A DNA stretch of 64,000 nt from Pseudomonadota bacterium (GTDB lineage: Bacteria; Pseudomonadota; Gammaproteobacteria; Burkholderiales; Thiobacillaceae). Where the stretch lies: contig JBGFSF010000016.1 of NCBI GenBank assembly GCA_041694715.1, forward strand, positions 8,097 to 72,096, given 5' to 3'. The position numbers were made by a program, and so were the translations under genes. Under the pieces are notes generated by a model. That model searched no databases. It saw only the letters and a list, made by a program, of their open reading frames with translations, and was not told the DNA's origin. How positions within the stretch are numbered: position 1 is the stretch's first letter; every line of letters begins with the position of its first letter. Of the stretch, positions 28,556-42,798 are shown one piece after another.

Positions 28556-29736
28556 CAAGCAGACGGCTCACGCCGGAATGGCCCTTCAAGTTCGTCCATG
28601 TAGTGGGCGATCGCCTCGGTCTCGCGCTCGAGGAAGCGGTCGACGGCGTCGCGGAACTCGGGGTGCGCCAGCCAGTGCCAGGAATGCGTCGCGGTGGGCA
28701 CGAGCCCACGCGCGAGCTTGTGCTCGCCCTGCGCGCCGCCTTCGAAGACTTTCAGCCCGTGGGCGATGGCGTATTCGATGCCCTGCTGGTAACAGGTCTC
28801 GAAATGCAGGCCGGGCAGGTATTCGAGCGTGCCCCAGTGGCGACCGTAAAGACGCTCGCCGTCCTTGATGCAGAACGAGCACGCGGTCGGCTCGCCGTCC
28901 TTGTCCGCAATGATCAGCACGACGTTGTCCGGCATGGTCTCGCGCAGCAGTGCGAAAAAAGCCGGATTCAGATGCGGCTCGCTGCGGTGGCGGGCGTAGG
29001 TGTCGGCGTAGCAGCGGTAGAAGAAGGCCCAGTCGGCATCGGTGCTGTCGCGGCCTTCTATCCAGCGGAAGGTGACGCCCAGGCTCGCGAGCTTTTTCCT
29101 TTCCTGTTTGATCTTCTTGCGCTTGTCGTGGGTGAGTGCGGCGAGGAAGTCGTCGAAGCGCGCGTAGCCCTGGTTGTACCAGTGGAACTGGAAGCCGCTG
29201 CGGTGCAGCATGGATGTGGCATCGAGCGCGGCGTGGTCCGGTTCGGTGGGGAAAAGAATATGGAAGGACGAGCACTTCAGCTCACGCGTGAGCTGAAGTG
29301 CGGCCTCGATCAGCACCGCGCGGTCGGCGTCGTTGCGTGCGAGCAGTCGCGGCCCCGGCACCGGCGAGAAGGGCGCACAGCACACGAGCTTGGGGTAGTA
29401 GTTCAAGCCGTGGCGGCGATAGGCGTCGGCCCAGGCCCAGTCGAACACGAATTCGCCCCAGGAATGGTGCTTGATGTAGAGCGGCATCGCGGCGTCGAGC
29501 CGGTCGCCGCGGAAGAGGGCCAGGTGCACCGGCTCCCAGCCGATGGGCGCACCGACGCAGCCGGTGGCCTCCAACGCATGCAGGAAGGCGTGCCGGACGA
29601 AGGGCGAGTCACCGGCGAGCGCGTTCCAGGCGTCGGCCGGCAATTCCGCAATATTCGTCACGACACGGACGACGGCCGCGTCGGCTTCCGTCCCCGGGGG
29701 GTTTGCTTCAAAATGCACGTTTTCGCGGACTTTCAT
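28555..29736 (-). CDS. FemAB-like GNAT protein (DUF482 type)
   Basis: HSWGEFVFDWAWA, YYPKL, LYGRHWG, LHFETCYQQGIE, FEGGAQGEHKLARG; start uncertain (ATG 29736 or GTG 29661). Confidence 0.85.
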   Translation of the reverse strand: MKVRENVHFEANPPGTEADAAVVRVVTNIAELPADAWNALAGDSPFVRHAFLHALEATGCVGAPIGWEPVHLALFRGDRLDAAMPLYIKHHSWGEFVFDWAWADAYRRHGLNYYPKLVCCAPFSPVPGPRLLARNDADRAVLIEAALQLTRELKCSSFHILFPTEPDHAALDATSMLHRSGFQFHWYNQGYARFDDFLAALTHDKRKKIKQERKKLASLGVTFRWIEGRDSTDADWAFFYRCYADTYARHRSEPHLNPAFFALLRETMPDNVVLIIADKDGEPTACSFCIKDGERLYGRHWGTLEYLPGLHFETCYQQGIEYAIAHGLKVFEGGAQGEHKLARGLVPTATHSWHWLAHPEFRDAVDRFLERETEAIAHYMDELEGPFRREPSA

Positions 29737-29744
29737 CGACAACA

Positions 29745-30905
29745 ATGAACCTGCACGAATACCAGGCCAAACAGATTCTTCGCGCCGGCAACCTTAGCAC
29801 GCCGCGCGGCCGCGTTGCCCACAGCGCCGACGAGGCTGTTCAAGCTGCCACCGAGCTCGGCGGCGACGCCTGGGTGGTAAAGGCGCAGATCCACGCCGGC
29901 GGGCGCGGCAAGGCCGGCGGCGTCAAGGTCGTGAAGTCGCTCGACGACGTGCGTGCGATGGCCGCGACGCTCCTGGGCCAGCAGCTCGTTACGCTGCAGA
30001 ACGCCCCGGACGGCCAGCCGGTGAACCAGGTGCTGGTCGAGGAAACCCTGCCCATCGCGCGCGAGCTGTATCTGTCGCTGCTGGTCGACCGCGAGACCGA
30101 GCGTGTGGCGATCGTCGCTTCCGCCGCCGGCGGCATGGATATCGAGGAAGTTGCCCACGCCACGCCGGAAAAGGTGCTGACCGAAACCTGCGACCCGTTG
30201 CTGGGCGTGCAGGATTACCAGTGCCGCGCGCTCGCCTTCGCGCTGGAACTCACGGGCGACGCATTCAAGGATTTCTGTCGCCTGCTGCCGCAGCTCTACC
30301 GCGTGTTCGTCGCCAACGATCTTTCCTTGCTCGAAATCAACCCTTTGATCGTCACCGCCGACAACCGCGTGTTGCCGCTCGACTGCAAGATGAGCGTGGA
30401 CGACAACGCGCTGTATCGCCGCAAGGCGCTCGCCGAATTGCGCGACGACAGCCAGATCGACGCCAAGGAAGCCGCGGCGAACGCGGCCAACGTCAACTAC
30501 GTCGCGCTCACCGGCAACATCGGCTGCATGGTCAACGGCGCGGGGCTGGCGATGGCGACGATGGACCTGATCCAGCTCGAAGGCGGTGCGCCCGCGAACT
30601 TCCTCGACGTCGGTGGCGGCGCCACGCCGGAAACGGTCGCGCAAGGCTTCAAGATCATCCTGCTCGACCCCAACGTCAAGGCGGTGCTGATCAACATTTT
30701 TGGCGGCATCGTGCGCTGCGACGTCATCGCCGAAGGCATCATCCAGGCGGTGAAGGAGGTCGGCGTCGACGTGCCGGTGATCGTGCGGCTCGAAGGCACC
30801 AACGCCGAACTTGGGAGAAAGCTTTTGGCCGAATCGGGGCTCGCGATTCTCGCGGCGGAGAGCCTTACGCAGGCGGCGAAACTCGCAGTGGAGAAGGCGG
30901 CATGA
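29745..30905 (+). CDS. sucC: Succinyl-CoA synthetase beta subunit
   Basis: [42 protein letters not shown]. Confidence 0.97.
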   Translation: MNLHEYQAKQILRAGNLSTPRGRVAHSADEAVQAATELGGDAWVVKAQIHAGGRGKAGGVKVVKSLDDVRAMAATLLGQQLVTLQNAPDGQPVNQVLVEETLPIARELYLSLLVDRETERVAIVASAAGGMDIEEVAHATPEKVLTETCDPLLGVQDYQCRALAFALELTGDAFKDFCRLLPQLYRVFVANDLSLLEINPLIVTADNRVLPLDCKMSVDDNALYRRKALAELRDDSQIDAKEAAANAANVNYVALTGNIGCMVNGAGLAMATMDLIQLEGGAPANFLDVGGGATPETVAQGFKIILLDPNVKAVLINIFGGIVRCDVIAEGIIQAVKEVGVDVPVIVRLEGTNAELGRKLLAESGLAILAAESLTQAAKLAVEKAA

Positions 30906-31777
30906 GCATCCTCGTCAACAAAGATACGAAAGTCATCTGCCAGGGTTTCACCGGCAAGCAGGGCAGCTTCCATTCCGAGCAGGCCATCGCCTACGGCACC
31001 AAGATGGTTGGCGGCGTGACGCCGGGCAAGGGCGGACAGACGCACCTCGGCCTGCCGGTGTTCAACACCGTGCGCGACGCCGTGCGCGACACCGGCGCGC
31101 AGGCGACGATGATCTACGTGCCTGCCGCGTTCGCCGCCGATTCGATCCTCGAAGCGGCCGACGCCGGCATCGAGGTCATCGTCTGCATCACCGAGGGCAT
31201 CCCGGTGCTCGACATGCTGAATGTGAAGGCCGCGCTGCGCGCCAACGGCGCCAAGCTCATCGGCCCCAACTGCCCCGGCATCATCACGTCGGGCGAATGC
31301 AAGATCGGCATCATGCCCGGTGTCATTCATCAAAAAGGCAAGATCGGCATCGTCTCGCGCTCCGGCACGCTCACCTACGAAGCGGTGCACCAGACCACGC
31401 AGCTGGGCCTCGGCCAGTCGACCTGCGTCGGTATCGGCGGCGACCCGATCAAGGGCCTGGATTTCATCGATTGCCTGGAAATGTTCGAAGCCGACCCGCA
31501 GACCGAGGCGGTGATCCTGGTCGGCGAAATCGGCGGCAGCCGCGAGGAAGAGGCGGCCGAGTACATCCGCTCGAACATGAAAAAGCCCGTCGCCGCCTAC
31601 ATCGCCGGCCGCACCGCACCCAAGGGCAAGCGCATGGGGCATGCGGGCGCGATCATCGCCGGCGGTGCCGGCACGGCCGACGCCAAGATCCGCGCGCTCG
31701 AAGCCGCCGGGGCCGTCGTCGCGCAAAGCCCGGCGGGGCTGGGTGAGGCGGTGCAATTGGCGCTGGGTGCCCGTTAA
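30902..31777 (+). CDS. sucD: Succinyl-CoA synthetase alpha subunit
   Basis: [25 protein letters not shown]. Confidence 0.97.
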   Translation: MSILVNKDTKVICQGFTGKQGSFHSEQAIAYGTKMVGGVTPGKGGQTHLGLPVFNTVRDAVRDTGAQATMIYVPAAFAADSILEAADAGIEVIVCITEGIPVLDMLNVKAALRANGAKLIGPNCPGIITSGECKIGIMPGVIHQKGKIGIVSRSGTLTYEAVHQTTQLGLGQSTCVGIGGDPIKGLDFIDCLEMFEADPQTEAVILVGEIGGSREEEAAEYIRSNMKKPVAAYIAGRTAPKGKRMGHAGAIIAGGAGTADAKIRALEAAGAVVAQSPAGLGEAVQLALGAR

Positions 31778-31786
31778 GCGCGCGTC

Positions 31787-33735
<1,949 letters not shown>

Positions 33736-33748
33736 TCGCCGGGGCAGT

Positions 33749-33776
33749 AAAAACGGCATCCACTGGATGCCGTTTT
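33749..33776. terminator. Bidirectional Rho-independent terminator (glnB/bamD)
   Basis: AAAA-CGGCATCC-ACT-GGATGCCG-TTTT between convergent genes. Confidence 0.85.
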
Positions 33777-33804
33777 CATTTGGATGCGTGCGCCTGCGCT
33801 GTGG

Positions 33805-34590
33805 CTACCAGAACCGATACCACGCCTTCCCCTCGACGTTCACGCCCTTGGCGTACTTGCTGTTGGGGAAGTTGAGCGCGAGTACGCGCTGGGCGTCGTC
33901 GCGCAGGTCGGTGAGCTGGAGCTTGTCGTAGGCGATGACCAGGACGGCGAGGGCCTCTTCCATCGCAGGCGCTTCGGGGTAGGTCTTCAGCACTTCCTTG
34001 GCGCGGTTGGCGGCGGCGACCCAGGCCTGGCGCTTGAGGTAGTACTTGGCGACGTGGACTTCGTGGTTGGCGAGCGCGTTGACGAGGTATTTCATGCGCG
34101 CGGTGGAGTCTTCCGCGTACTTGCTCTGCGGGAAGCGGGTGACGAGCTCCTTGAAGGCGAGGAAGGCGTCGCGGGCAGCGCGCGGGTCGCGTTCGGACAG
34201 GTCCTGGTCGACCAGGCTGCCGAGCAGGCCGAGGTCGTCGTTGAAGTTGACCAGGCCTTTCAGATAATAGGCATAGTCGACGTTGGGGTGATTCGGGTGT
34301 AGTTTGATGAAACGGTCGCACGCAGCGATGGCGGAAATCGGCTCGCTATCCTTGTAGTAGGCGTAGGCGATCTCGAGCTGGGCCTGCTGGGCGTAGCGGC
34401 CGAAGGGATAGCGCGCTTCCAGGGTTTCGTACAGTTTTACCGCGCGCTCGTAGTTGCCGTCGTTGAGCTGGTCCTTGGCTTCGCGGTACAGCCGCTGGGC
34501 CGACCAGCCCGCAGTTTCGTCCTGGACTTCGGGCAGGAGGCCGCAGCCGCCAAGCGCGAGCGTGGCGGCGACCAGCGCGGCGCCGCACAT
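33805..34590 (-). CDS. bamD: Outer membrane protein assembly factor BamD
   Basis: Lipobox LALGGC, TPRs (YPFGRYAQQAQLE, HPNVDYAYY), divergent from rluD. Confidence 0.95.
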   Translation of the reverse strand: MCGAALVAATLALGGCGLLPEVQDETAGWSAQRLYREAKDQLNDGNYERAVKLYETLEARYPFGRYAQQAQLEIAYAYYKDSEPISAIAACDRFIKLHPNHPNVDYAYYLKGLVNFNDDLGLLGSLVDQDLSERDPRAARDAFLAFKELVTRFPQSKYAEDSTARMKYLVNALANHEVHVAKYYLKRQAWVAAANRAKEVLKTYPEAPAMEEALAVLVIAYDKLQLTDLRDDAQRVLALNFPNSKYAKGVNVEGKAWYRFW

Positions 34591-34669
34591 TCTTTTGAGG
34601 CCGATGAGCCGATAGAATGGGCGGGAGTCGGACGAGTCGAACTTGGACATGGGAACGGACACGGTAAAT

Positions 34670-35626
34670 ATGTCGGCAGATTATAAGGGAAATGGCGAAG
34701 GCGACGTCCGCCGGCTGGTGATCCCGGACGCGCAGGGCGGCCAGCGCCTCGACCAGGCGCTGGCCGCCCTGTTGCCCGAATTTTCGCGCAACCGCATCCA
34801 GAACTGGATCCGCGCGCGCAAGATCGCGGTGGACGACGCCTGGGGCACGACCAAGATGAAGGTGCTGGGCGGCGAGTCGGTGCGGGTCGAGGTCGAGCCC
34901 GACCCGAACGCCACGCCGGACGCGCCGGAGGCGATCCCGCTCGACGTGGTGTTCGAGGATCCGATGCTGCTGGTGATCAACAAGCCGGTGGGCCTGGTCG
35001 TGCACCCCGGCAGCGGCAACCGCCACGGCACCCTGCTGAACGCCTTGCTGTACCGCGTGCCGCAGGTGGCCGAGCTGCCGCGCGCCGGCATCGTGCATCG
35101 GCTGGACAAGGACACTTCGGGCCTCCTGGTCGTGGCGAAGACGCTGCGCGCCCACACCGACCTGGTGCGCCAGCTGCAGGCGCGCACGGTCAAGCGCGAA
35201 TACCTGGCCCTGGTCTACGGCGAGATCGACCGTGCCGGGACGGTCAACGCGCCGCTCGCGCGCGATCCGTTCAACCGCACCAAGCGCACCGTGCACACCA
35301 TGGGGAAGGAGGCGGTCACGCACTACGAACCGGTCGAACGCTTCCCCGGCGCGACGCTCCTGCGCTGCCGGCTCGAAACCGGCCGCACCCACCAGATTCG
35401 CGTCCACATGCAGCACATCGGCCATCCGCTGGTGGGCGAGCAGGTCTACAGCGCCAGCCGCCGTCCCCACCTCAAGCTGGCCTTCCCGCGTCAGGCCCTG
35501 CATGCCGAGCGGCTCGGACTGATCCACCCCGTGACCGGCGAGCCGATGCAGTGGGAGTGCCCGCTGCCGGCGGATTTCGCCGCGCTGCTGGAGTCGCTGC
35601 GCAGCGGCACCGAGCGCTACGCCTAG
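34670..35626 (+). CDS. rluD: 23S rRNA pseudouridine synthase D
   Basis: GQRLDQALA, NKPVGLVVHPG, HRLDKDTSGL, LETGRTHQIRVH; the start could be 34649. Confidence 0.95.
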   Translation: MSADYKGNGEGDVRRLVIPDAQGGQRLDQALAALLPEFSRNRIQNWIRARKIAVDDAWGTTKMKVLGGESVRVEVEPDPNATPDAPEAIPLDVVFEDPMLLVINKPVGLVVHPGSGNRHGTLLNALLYRVPQVAELPRAGIVHRLDKDTSGLLVVAKTLRAHTDLVRQLQARTVKREYLALVYGEIDRAGTVNAPLARDPFNRTKRTVHTMGKEAVTHYEPVERFPGATLLRCRLETGRTHQIRVHMQHIGHPLVGEQVYSASRRPHLKLAFPRQALHAERLGLIHPVTGEPMQWECPLPADFAALLESLRSGTERYA

Positions 35627-35630
35627 GCGC

Positions 35631-36344
35631 ATGATCCAGCCGGACTGGCCTGCGCCGGCGCGGGTGCGCGCCTGCATGACCACCCGCGAAGGCGGCGTCA
35701 GCCCGCCGCCCTGGGCCAGCTTCAACCTCGGCGATCACGTCGGCGACGACCCCGCGCACGTCGCCGCCAACCGCGCGCGCCTGCGCGAGTCCCTGCCGGC
35801 CGAACCCGGCTGGCTCAGGCAGGTGCACAGCCCCCGCGTCGTCGAACTGGGGCGCGAGCAGAATCCCGAAGCCGACGCGTCCTTCACCCGCGAAGCCGGG
35901 CAAGTCTGTGCCGTGCTCACCGCCGACTGCCTGCCGGTGCTGTTCTGCGACCGCGCCGGCAGCGTCGTCGCTGCGGCGCACGCCGGCTGGCGCGGGCTGG
36001 CGAACGGCGTGCTGGAAGCGACGGTGGCGGCGATGGGCGTGGCGCCGGCCGACGTCCTCGCCTGGATGGGCGCGGCCATCGGTCCGCAGGCGTTCGAGGT
36101 GGGGGAGGAGGTGCGCGAGGCTTTTATCACGCGGCATCCCGAAGCCGCCGCTGCGTTTGCGCCGCACGCGCCCGGCAAGTGGCTGGCGGACCTCTATGCG
36201 CTTGCGCGGATTCGTCTGGGAAGCGTTGGCGTGCGCTCGATTTACGGCGGCGGCCGCTGCACCTTCAGCGAGGCCGAGACTTTTTACTCCTATCGCCGCG
36301 ACGGTGTCACCGGCCGCATGGCGGCGTTGGTCTGGCTGGCCTGA
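35631..36344 (+). CDS. pgeF: PgeF/YfiH purine nucleoside phosphorylase-like protein
   Basis: NLGDHVGDD, QVHS, VLTADCLPVL, AHAGWRG, YSYRR. Confidence 0.95.
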   Translation: MIQPDWPAPARVRACMTTREGGVSPPPWASFNLGDHVGDDPAHVAANRARLRESLPAEPGWLRQVHSPRVVELGREQNPEADASFTREAGQVCAVLTADCLPVLFCDRAGSVVAAAHAGWRGLANGVLEATVAAMGVAPADVLAWMGAAIGPQAFEVGEEVREAFITRHPEAAAAFAPHAPGKWLADLYALARIRLGSVGVRSIYGGGRCTFSEAETFYSYRRDGVTGRMAALVWLA

Positions 36345-36347
36345 GAC

Positions 36348-36830
36348 TCAGTCCAGCCACTTCTGCATGAACTTCGCCTCGCCCATCGCGGGATCGAGGC
36401 GGTAGTCGTCGAAGCCGAGCTTTTCATACAGCGTCCGTGCGGCGCGGTTGCCCGACAGCACTTCCAGCGTGAGCTTGCACGCGCCGCGTTCGCGTGCGAT
36501 CGCCTCGACCTCGGCGAAGAGGCGCGCGGCGACGCCGCGGCCGCGGTGCGTGTCGCGCACCACCACGTCGTGGATATTCACCAGTGGTGCGCAGGCGAAG
36601 GTGGAGAAGCCCTCGATCGCGTTCACCAGTCCGATCGCCTGAGTGCCCTCGAAGGCGAGCACGCTGAACACGAAGGGCCGCGCGGCAAGCGCGCCGATCA
36701 GGTGGGTGCGCGCGAAATCGGACAGGGGTTCGCCGCCACCGGCCGGGTCGCGCGCGTAATGGTCGAGCAGGTCGATCAGTGCGGCGGCGTGGGCTGGATC
36801 GGCGTAGTCGACGCGGACGACATCGATCAT
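36348..36830 (-). CDS. GNAT family N-acetyltransferase
   Basis: NIHDVVV, HRGRGVA, KLTLEVLSGN, LYEKLGF; ATGA overlap with nadC. Confidence 0.88.
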   Translation of the reverse strand: MIDVVRVDYADPAHAAALIDLLDHYARDPAGGGEPLSDFARTHLIGALAARPFVFSVLAFEGTQAIGLVNAIEGFSTFACAPLVNIHDVVVRDTHRGRGVAARLFAEVEAIARERGACKLTLEVLSGNRAARTLYEKLGFDDYRLDPAMGEAKFMQKWLD

Positions 36831-37669
36831 TGCGTGTCGATGCGCATCGACAGGTCGACCGCGCGGATGTGCTTGGTCAGGCTGCCGATGGAGATGCGGT
36901 CGACGCCGGTCTCGGCCACCGTGCGCACCGTCTCGAGCGTGATATTCCCCGAGGCCTCGAGGCGGGCGCGGCCGGCGTTCACCCGCACCGCCTCGCGCAT
37001 CGCGTCGGGCGTGAAATTGTCGAGCAGGATCAGCGTGGCGCCGGCCGCCAGCGCCTCGGCGAGCTGGTCGAGCGTCTCGACCTCGATCTGCACGCTGACG
37101 CGATCCTCGGCGAGCCTGAACGCGGCGTCCAGCACCGGCGCGATGCCGCCGGCCGCGGCGATGTGGTTTTCCTTGATGAGGATGCCGTCGTAAAGGCCGA
37201 TGCGCTGGTTCTCGCCGCCGCCTACGCGTACCGCGTATTTCTCGGCCAGGCGCAGCCCGGGCAGGGTCTTGCGGGTGTCGAGGATGGCGGCACGGGTGCC
37301 GCGCACCGCCTCGACGTAGGGACGGGTCGCGGTGGCCACGGCCGACAGCGTCTGCAGGAAGTTCAGCGCCGGTCGCTCGGCGGTGAGCAGCGCGCGGGCG
37401 TTGCCGGAAAGCTCCACCAGCACTTCGCCGGCGGCGACCGCGTCGCCCTCGTTCACTTTCCAGTCGATTTCGCAGGCGAGGTCGAGCGCCCGGAAGCAGG
37501 CGTCGAACCACGGCCGTCCGGCGATCACCGCCGCTTCGCGGGTGATCACATGGCCGCGCGCCGTCTGGCGGGCGGGAATGAGCCGGGCGGTGAGGTCCCC
37601 GCTGCCGACGTCTTCGTCGAGGGCGCGGGCGACGTCGGTGTCGACGGAGGCGAGCAGGGGTTCGGACAT
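36827..37669 (-). CDS. nadC: Nicotinate-nucleotide pyrophosphorylase (carboxylating)
   Basis: ERPALNFLQ, LDTRKTLPGLR, LIKENHI, ILLDNF. Confidence 0.96.
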   Translation of the reverse strand: MSEPLLASVDTDVARALDEDVGSGDLTARLIPARQTARGHVITREAAVIAGRPWFDACFRALDLACEIDWKVNEGDAVAAGEVLVELSGNARALLTAERPALNFLQTLSAVATATRPYVEAVRGTRAAILDTRKTLPGLRLAEKYAVRVGGGENQRIGLYDGILIKENHIAAAGGIAPVLDAAFRLAEDRVSVQIEVETLDQLAEALAAGATLILLDNFTPDAMREAVRVNAGRARLEASGNITLETVRTVAETGVDRISIGSLTKHIRAVDLSMRIDTQ

Positions 37670-37693
37670 GGCGTGAATTTAGGATGCGGCGGG

Positions 37694-37720
37694 TTGAAAT
37701 TGGCCGGAGCGGCCCTATCT
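37694..37720 (+). promoter_or_regulatory. Sigma32 (RpoH) heat-shock promoter of clpB
   Basis: TTGAAA-N13-CCCTATCT versus the consensus TTGAAA-N13/14-CCCCATNT. Confidence 0.75.
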
Positions 37721-37756
37721 GGGTGGCAGTGAATATAACCCAAGGACGAAGCTTCC

Positions 37757-40336
<2,580 letters not shown>

Positions 40337-40360
40337 TCGCGGCGGCTGCGTACAAGCGGT

Positions 40361-40390
40361 AAAAGAGGGCGGGTTTCCGCCCTCTTTTTT
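40361..40390 (+). terminator. Rho-independent terminator after clpB
   Basis: AAAAGAGGGCGG-GTTT-CCGCCCTCTTTTTT. Confidence 0.9.
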
Positions 40391-40431
40391 GCCTCCAGCG
40401 GGCCATACCCAAGTCTGAGATGGCCCGATTT

Positions 40432-40448
40432 TGTCGGAATTCTTTACA
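40432..40448 (+). promoter_or_regulatory. TGT-N11-ACA enhancer-like site (PEP-CTERM-box type)
   Basis: TGTCGGAATTCTTTACA about 115 bp upstream of a PEP-CTERM gene, followed by an AT-rich tract and a -24/-12-like element. Confidence 0.6.
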
Positions 40449-40512
40449 TCGTGCCTGCTGCACAGCTGTTGTGTTTGTGCAAACTAGTTTTTAAACAAAT
40501 GCTTGCGCCTGC

Positions 40513-40528
40513 GCGCGTGCTTCTTGCT
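40513..40528 (+). promoter_or_regulatory. Degenerate sigma54 -24/-12 promoter
   Basis: GCGCGTG-CTTC-TTGCT versus TGGCACG-N4-TTGCW; spacing is correct but the -25 G is a C. Confidence 0.4.
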
Positions 40529-40561
40529 TCGGAACACGGTCCCCTTTGAAGGGAGCAGACC

Positions 40562-42355
40562 ATGACACGAACCGTGCAAGCCGTTTTGATGGTGGCCACC
40601 GTGTTTGCGCTGGGCATTCTCGCCAGCCCTGCCGTTCGCGCGCTGCCGCTCACCGTCACCGACAACGTCACCTTCGTGACCGAGGACCAGAGCATGTGGG
40701 GCCCCGGTTCGGAACCCTTGGTGCACAAGGAATTCACTGCCGCGATCATCGACATCGATACAGGCCAGACGTCCATCGGCGAAATCTACGATTTGTCGAC
40801 GAGCATCCCGAACCCCGTATATCTCGGCTGGAAGGTTGCCTACGACGGATGCCGCAGGCTCTATTCGGCCAGCGCCTGCATCAACGGCGCGACCATCAAT
40901 CTGGGATTCACCAAGATCAAGGTTCCGGGGCTCGGCCCTGCACCGCCCACGACGTTAACTGTCGAACTCGGCAAGAACGGCCTGGTGATCTCGTCCGATA
41001 TCGACGTCGAGGCGGGCTTCAAGGGTTCGTTCACGCTCGACGGCGGTAAGGTCGACGTCAGCTATCCGACCAGCGTGACCCTGCAGACCGATCGCGAGGC
41101 GTATGCAGCGGGCGAGATCGTCACGCTGAAGTCGTTCGAGTCGCTGATTTCCACGCCGACGATGACTACCGAATTCAGCGACATCGACACGAGTCTGAAG
41201 GCCTACGCCGATCTCGACATCAGCGCCGAGCTCGAAGCGTGGGTGGCCGGCAGCGGCGGCAGCGTCTCCATTGCCGACATCGATACCGGCGAACTCGATT
41301 ATGAAATCTTCGGCGTGTCGGTCGGCAACGGCGAAATCGGCGTTCGCCTGGTTGAGTTGGACCCGTTCATCATCGATACCAGCGGCGGGCTGGGCATGAA
41401 TCTGTTTTCAGTGACCTACCCGCCGTGTCCGCCCGATGCCGACGGTGGATTCGACTGTCCCTTCGGGATTCCCCTCGCCGACCTCCAGATCCAGGTGCCC
41501 GATCTCGACACGGGCGTGGCCGACAGCAGCTGGACGCCGCCGGATCCGGACGCCGGCACCGACGGCACGATCGTCAATACGCAGCTGCCGATCGACCGCA
41601 CCGAGGGGTCGGAGGATGATCTCACCCTGATCGGCGGCGGCGTGGGCTTTCATCGCACCGACCTCGTCAAGGCCGACGTGGACATCGACGGCATCATCAG
41701 TGCTGCAGCGATTTCCGCCGGGACGCCGGTGGTGTTCGGGCTGAAGGCCGGCGTTCCGCTGGTCGTGACGGCGGAAGGCAACCTGATCGATTTCGATCTC
41801 GGCGCCTTCTTCGGCCTCGGTCAGACATTGACGCTCGAGCCTACCCTGATGGCGGACCTGAATTTCAGCATTCCGATCCAGGTCGAAACCGCGCCAGGTG
41901 TGTTCGATGAGCGAACCACCTGGACCCTGCCGGTTGGCGATGAATTCAACTTCATCCATCCCGGTGTGGACCTCGCCATCGAGCCGACCTATTTCCTCGA
42001 CGCGCTGTTCACCAACCAGACGGACTTCCTGATTTCGCCGGTCGCCTCGGTCGCCGCACTGCAGTTGAAACTGTCGGGGCTCGCCCCGAGCATACTCGGG
42101 ATCGATTTCGATGCTGCCCTGTTCCAGCAGGTGTTCCCGCTGGTCGAACCGATTACCGCTGCGAGCGTGCCGACGGACCCCTTCATGCTCGCCGGCTTCG
42201 AACGACGCGGCGGCAGTCCCTTGCTGTTGGGAACCGCCGATGCGGTCGCCGTCCCGGAGCCGCCCATGCTTGCGCTCGTCGTGGCCGGCTTCATCCTGTT
42301 GCTGGTGAGCCGCAGCCGGCGACGCGCGCCGCTCAGCGCTTTTCGAGCAGCCTGA
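40562..42355 (+). CDS. PEP-CTERM sorting domain-containing surface protein
   Basis: Signal peptide ending PAVRA; acidic beta-rich body; C-terminal VPEP + hydrophobic helix + basic tail (VPEPPMLALVVAGFILLLVSRSRRR). Confidence 0.88.
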   Translation: MTRTVQAVLMVATVFALGILASPAVRALPLTVTDNVTFVTEDQSMWGPGSEPLVHKEFTAAIIDIDTGQTSIGEIYDLSTSIPNPVYLGWKVAYDGCRRLYSASACINGATINLGFTKIKVPGLGPAPPTTLTVELGKNGLVISSDIDVEAGFKGSFTLDGGKVDVSYPTSVTLQTDREAYAAGEIVTLKSFESLISTPTMTTEFSDIDTSLKAYADLDISAELEAWVAGSGGSVSIADIDTGELDYEIFGVSVGNGEIGVRLVELDPFIIDTSGGLGMNLFSVTYPPCPPDADGGFDCPFGIPLADLQIQVPDLDTGVADSSWTPPDPDAGTDGTIVNTQLPIDRTEGSEDDLTLIGGGVGFHRTDLVKADVDIDGIISAAAISAGTPVVFGLKAGVPLVVTAEGNLIDFDLGAFFGLGQTLTLEPTLMADLNFSIPIQVETAPGVFDERTTWTLPVGDEFNFIHPGVDLAIEPTYFLDALFTNQTDFLISPVASVAALQLKLSGLAPSILGIDFDAALFQQVFPLVEPITAASVPTDPFMLAGFERRGGSPLLLGTADAVAVPEPPMLALVVAGFILLLVSRSRRRAPLSAFRAA

Positions 42356-42457
42356 CCGGGGAACGAGGGCGCCGGGCAGCGATCGATGCCGCGGGCCGCG
42401 GGAGGCAGCGCGGTGTGGCGAGCGAGCAGTCACGCGCGATCCAGCTGTCCGCGCGCG

Positions 42458-42778
42458 TCAGTCCGGCGACGCGAGCTTGAGCCCGATGAGACCGGCAATG
42501 ATCAGCGCAAGGCTGACGAGCCGTGCGGCATTCACGGGCTCGCCGAGCAGCACGATGCCCAGCACGACGGTGCCGACCGCGCCCACGCCCACCCAGACGG
42601 CGTAGGCCGTGCCGACGGGAAGCGATTTCATGGCGACGCCCAGCAGCCCGAGGCTGATGAGCATCGCCACGACGGTGCCGACCGTGGGCCACAGCCGGGT
42701 GAAGCCTTCGGTGTATTTCAGGCCGATGGCCCAGCCGATCTCGAACAGTCCTGCAAGCAGAAGAATGCCCCAAGCCAT
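42458..42778 (-). CDS. sugE: Guanidinium exporter Gdx (SugE, SMR family)
   Basis: [35 protein letters not shown], four TM helices; riboswitch upstream. Confidence 0.93.
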   Translation of the reverse strand: MAWGILLLAGLFEIGWAIGLKYTEGFTRLWPTVGTVVAMLISLGLLGVAMKSLPVGTAYAVWVGVGAVGTVVLGIVLLGEPVNAARLVSLALIIAGLIGLKLASPD

Positions 42779-42798
42779 GTGATGTCCTTTCGCGAATG

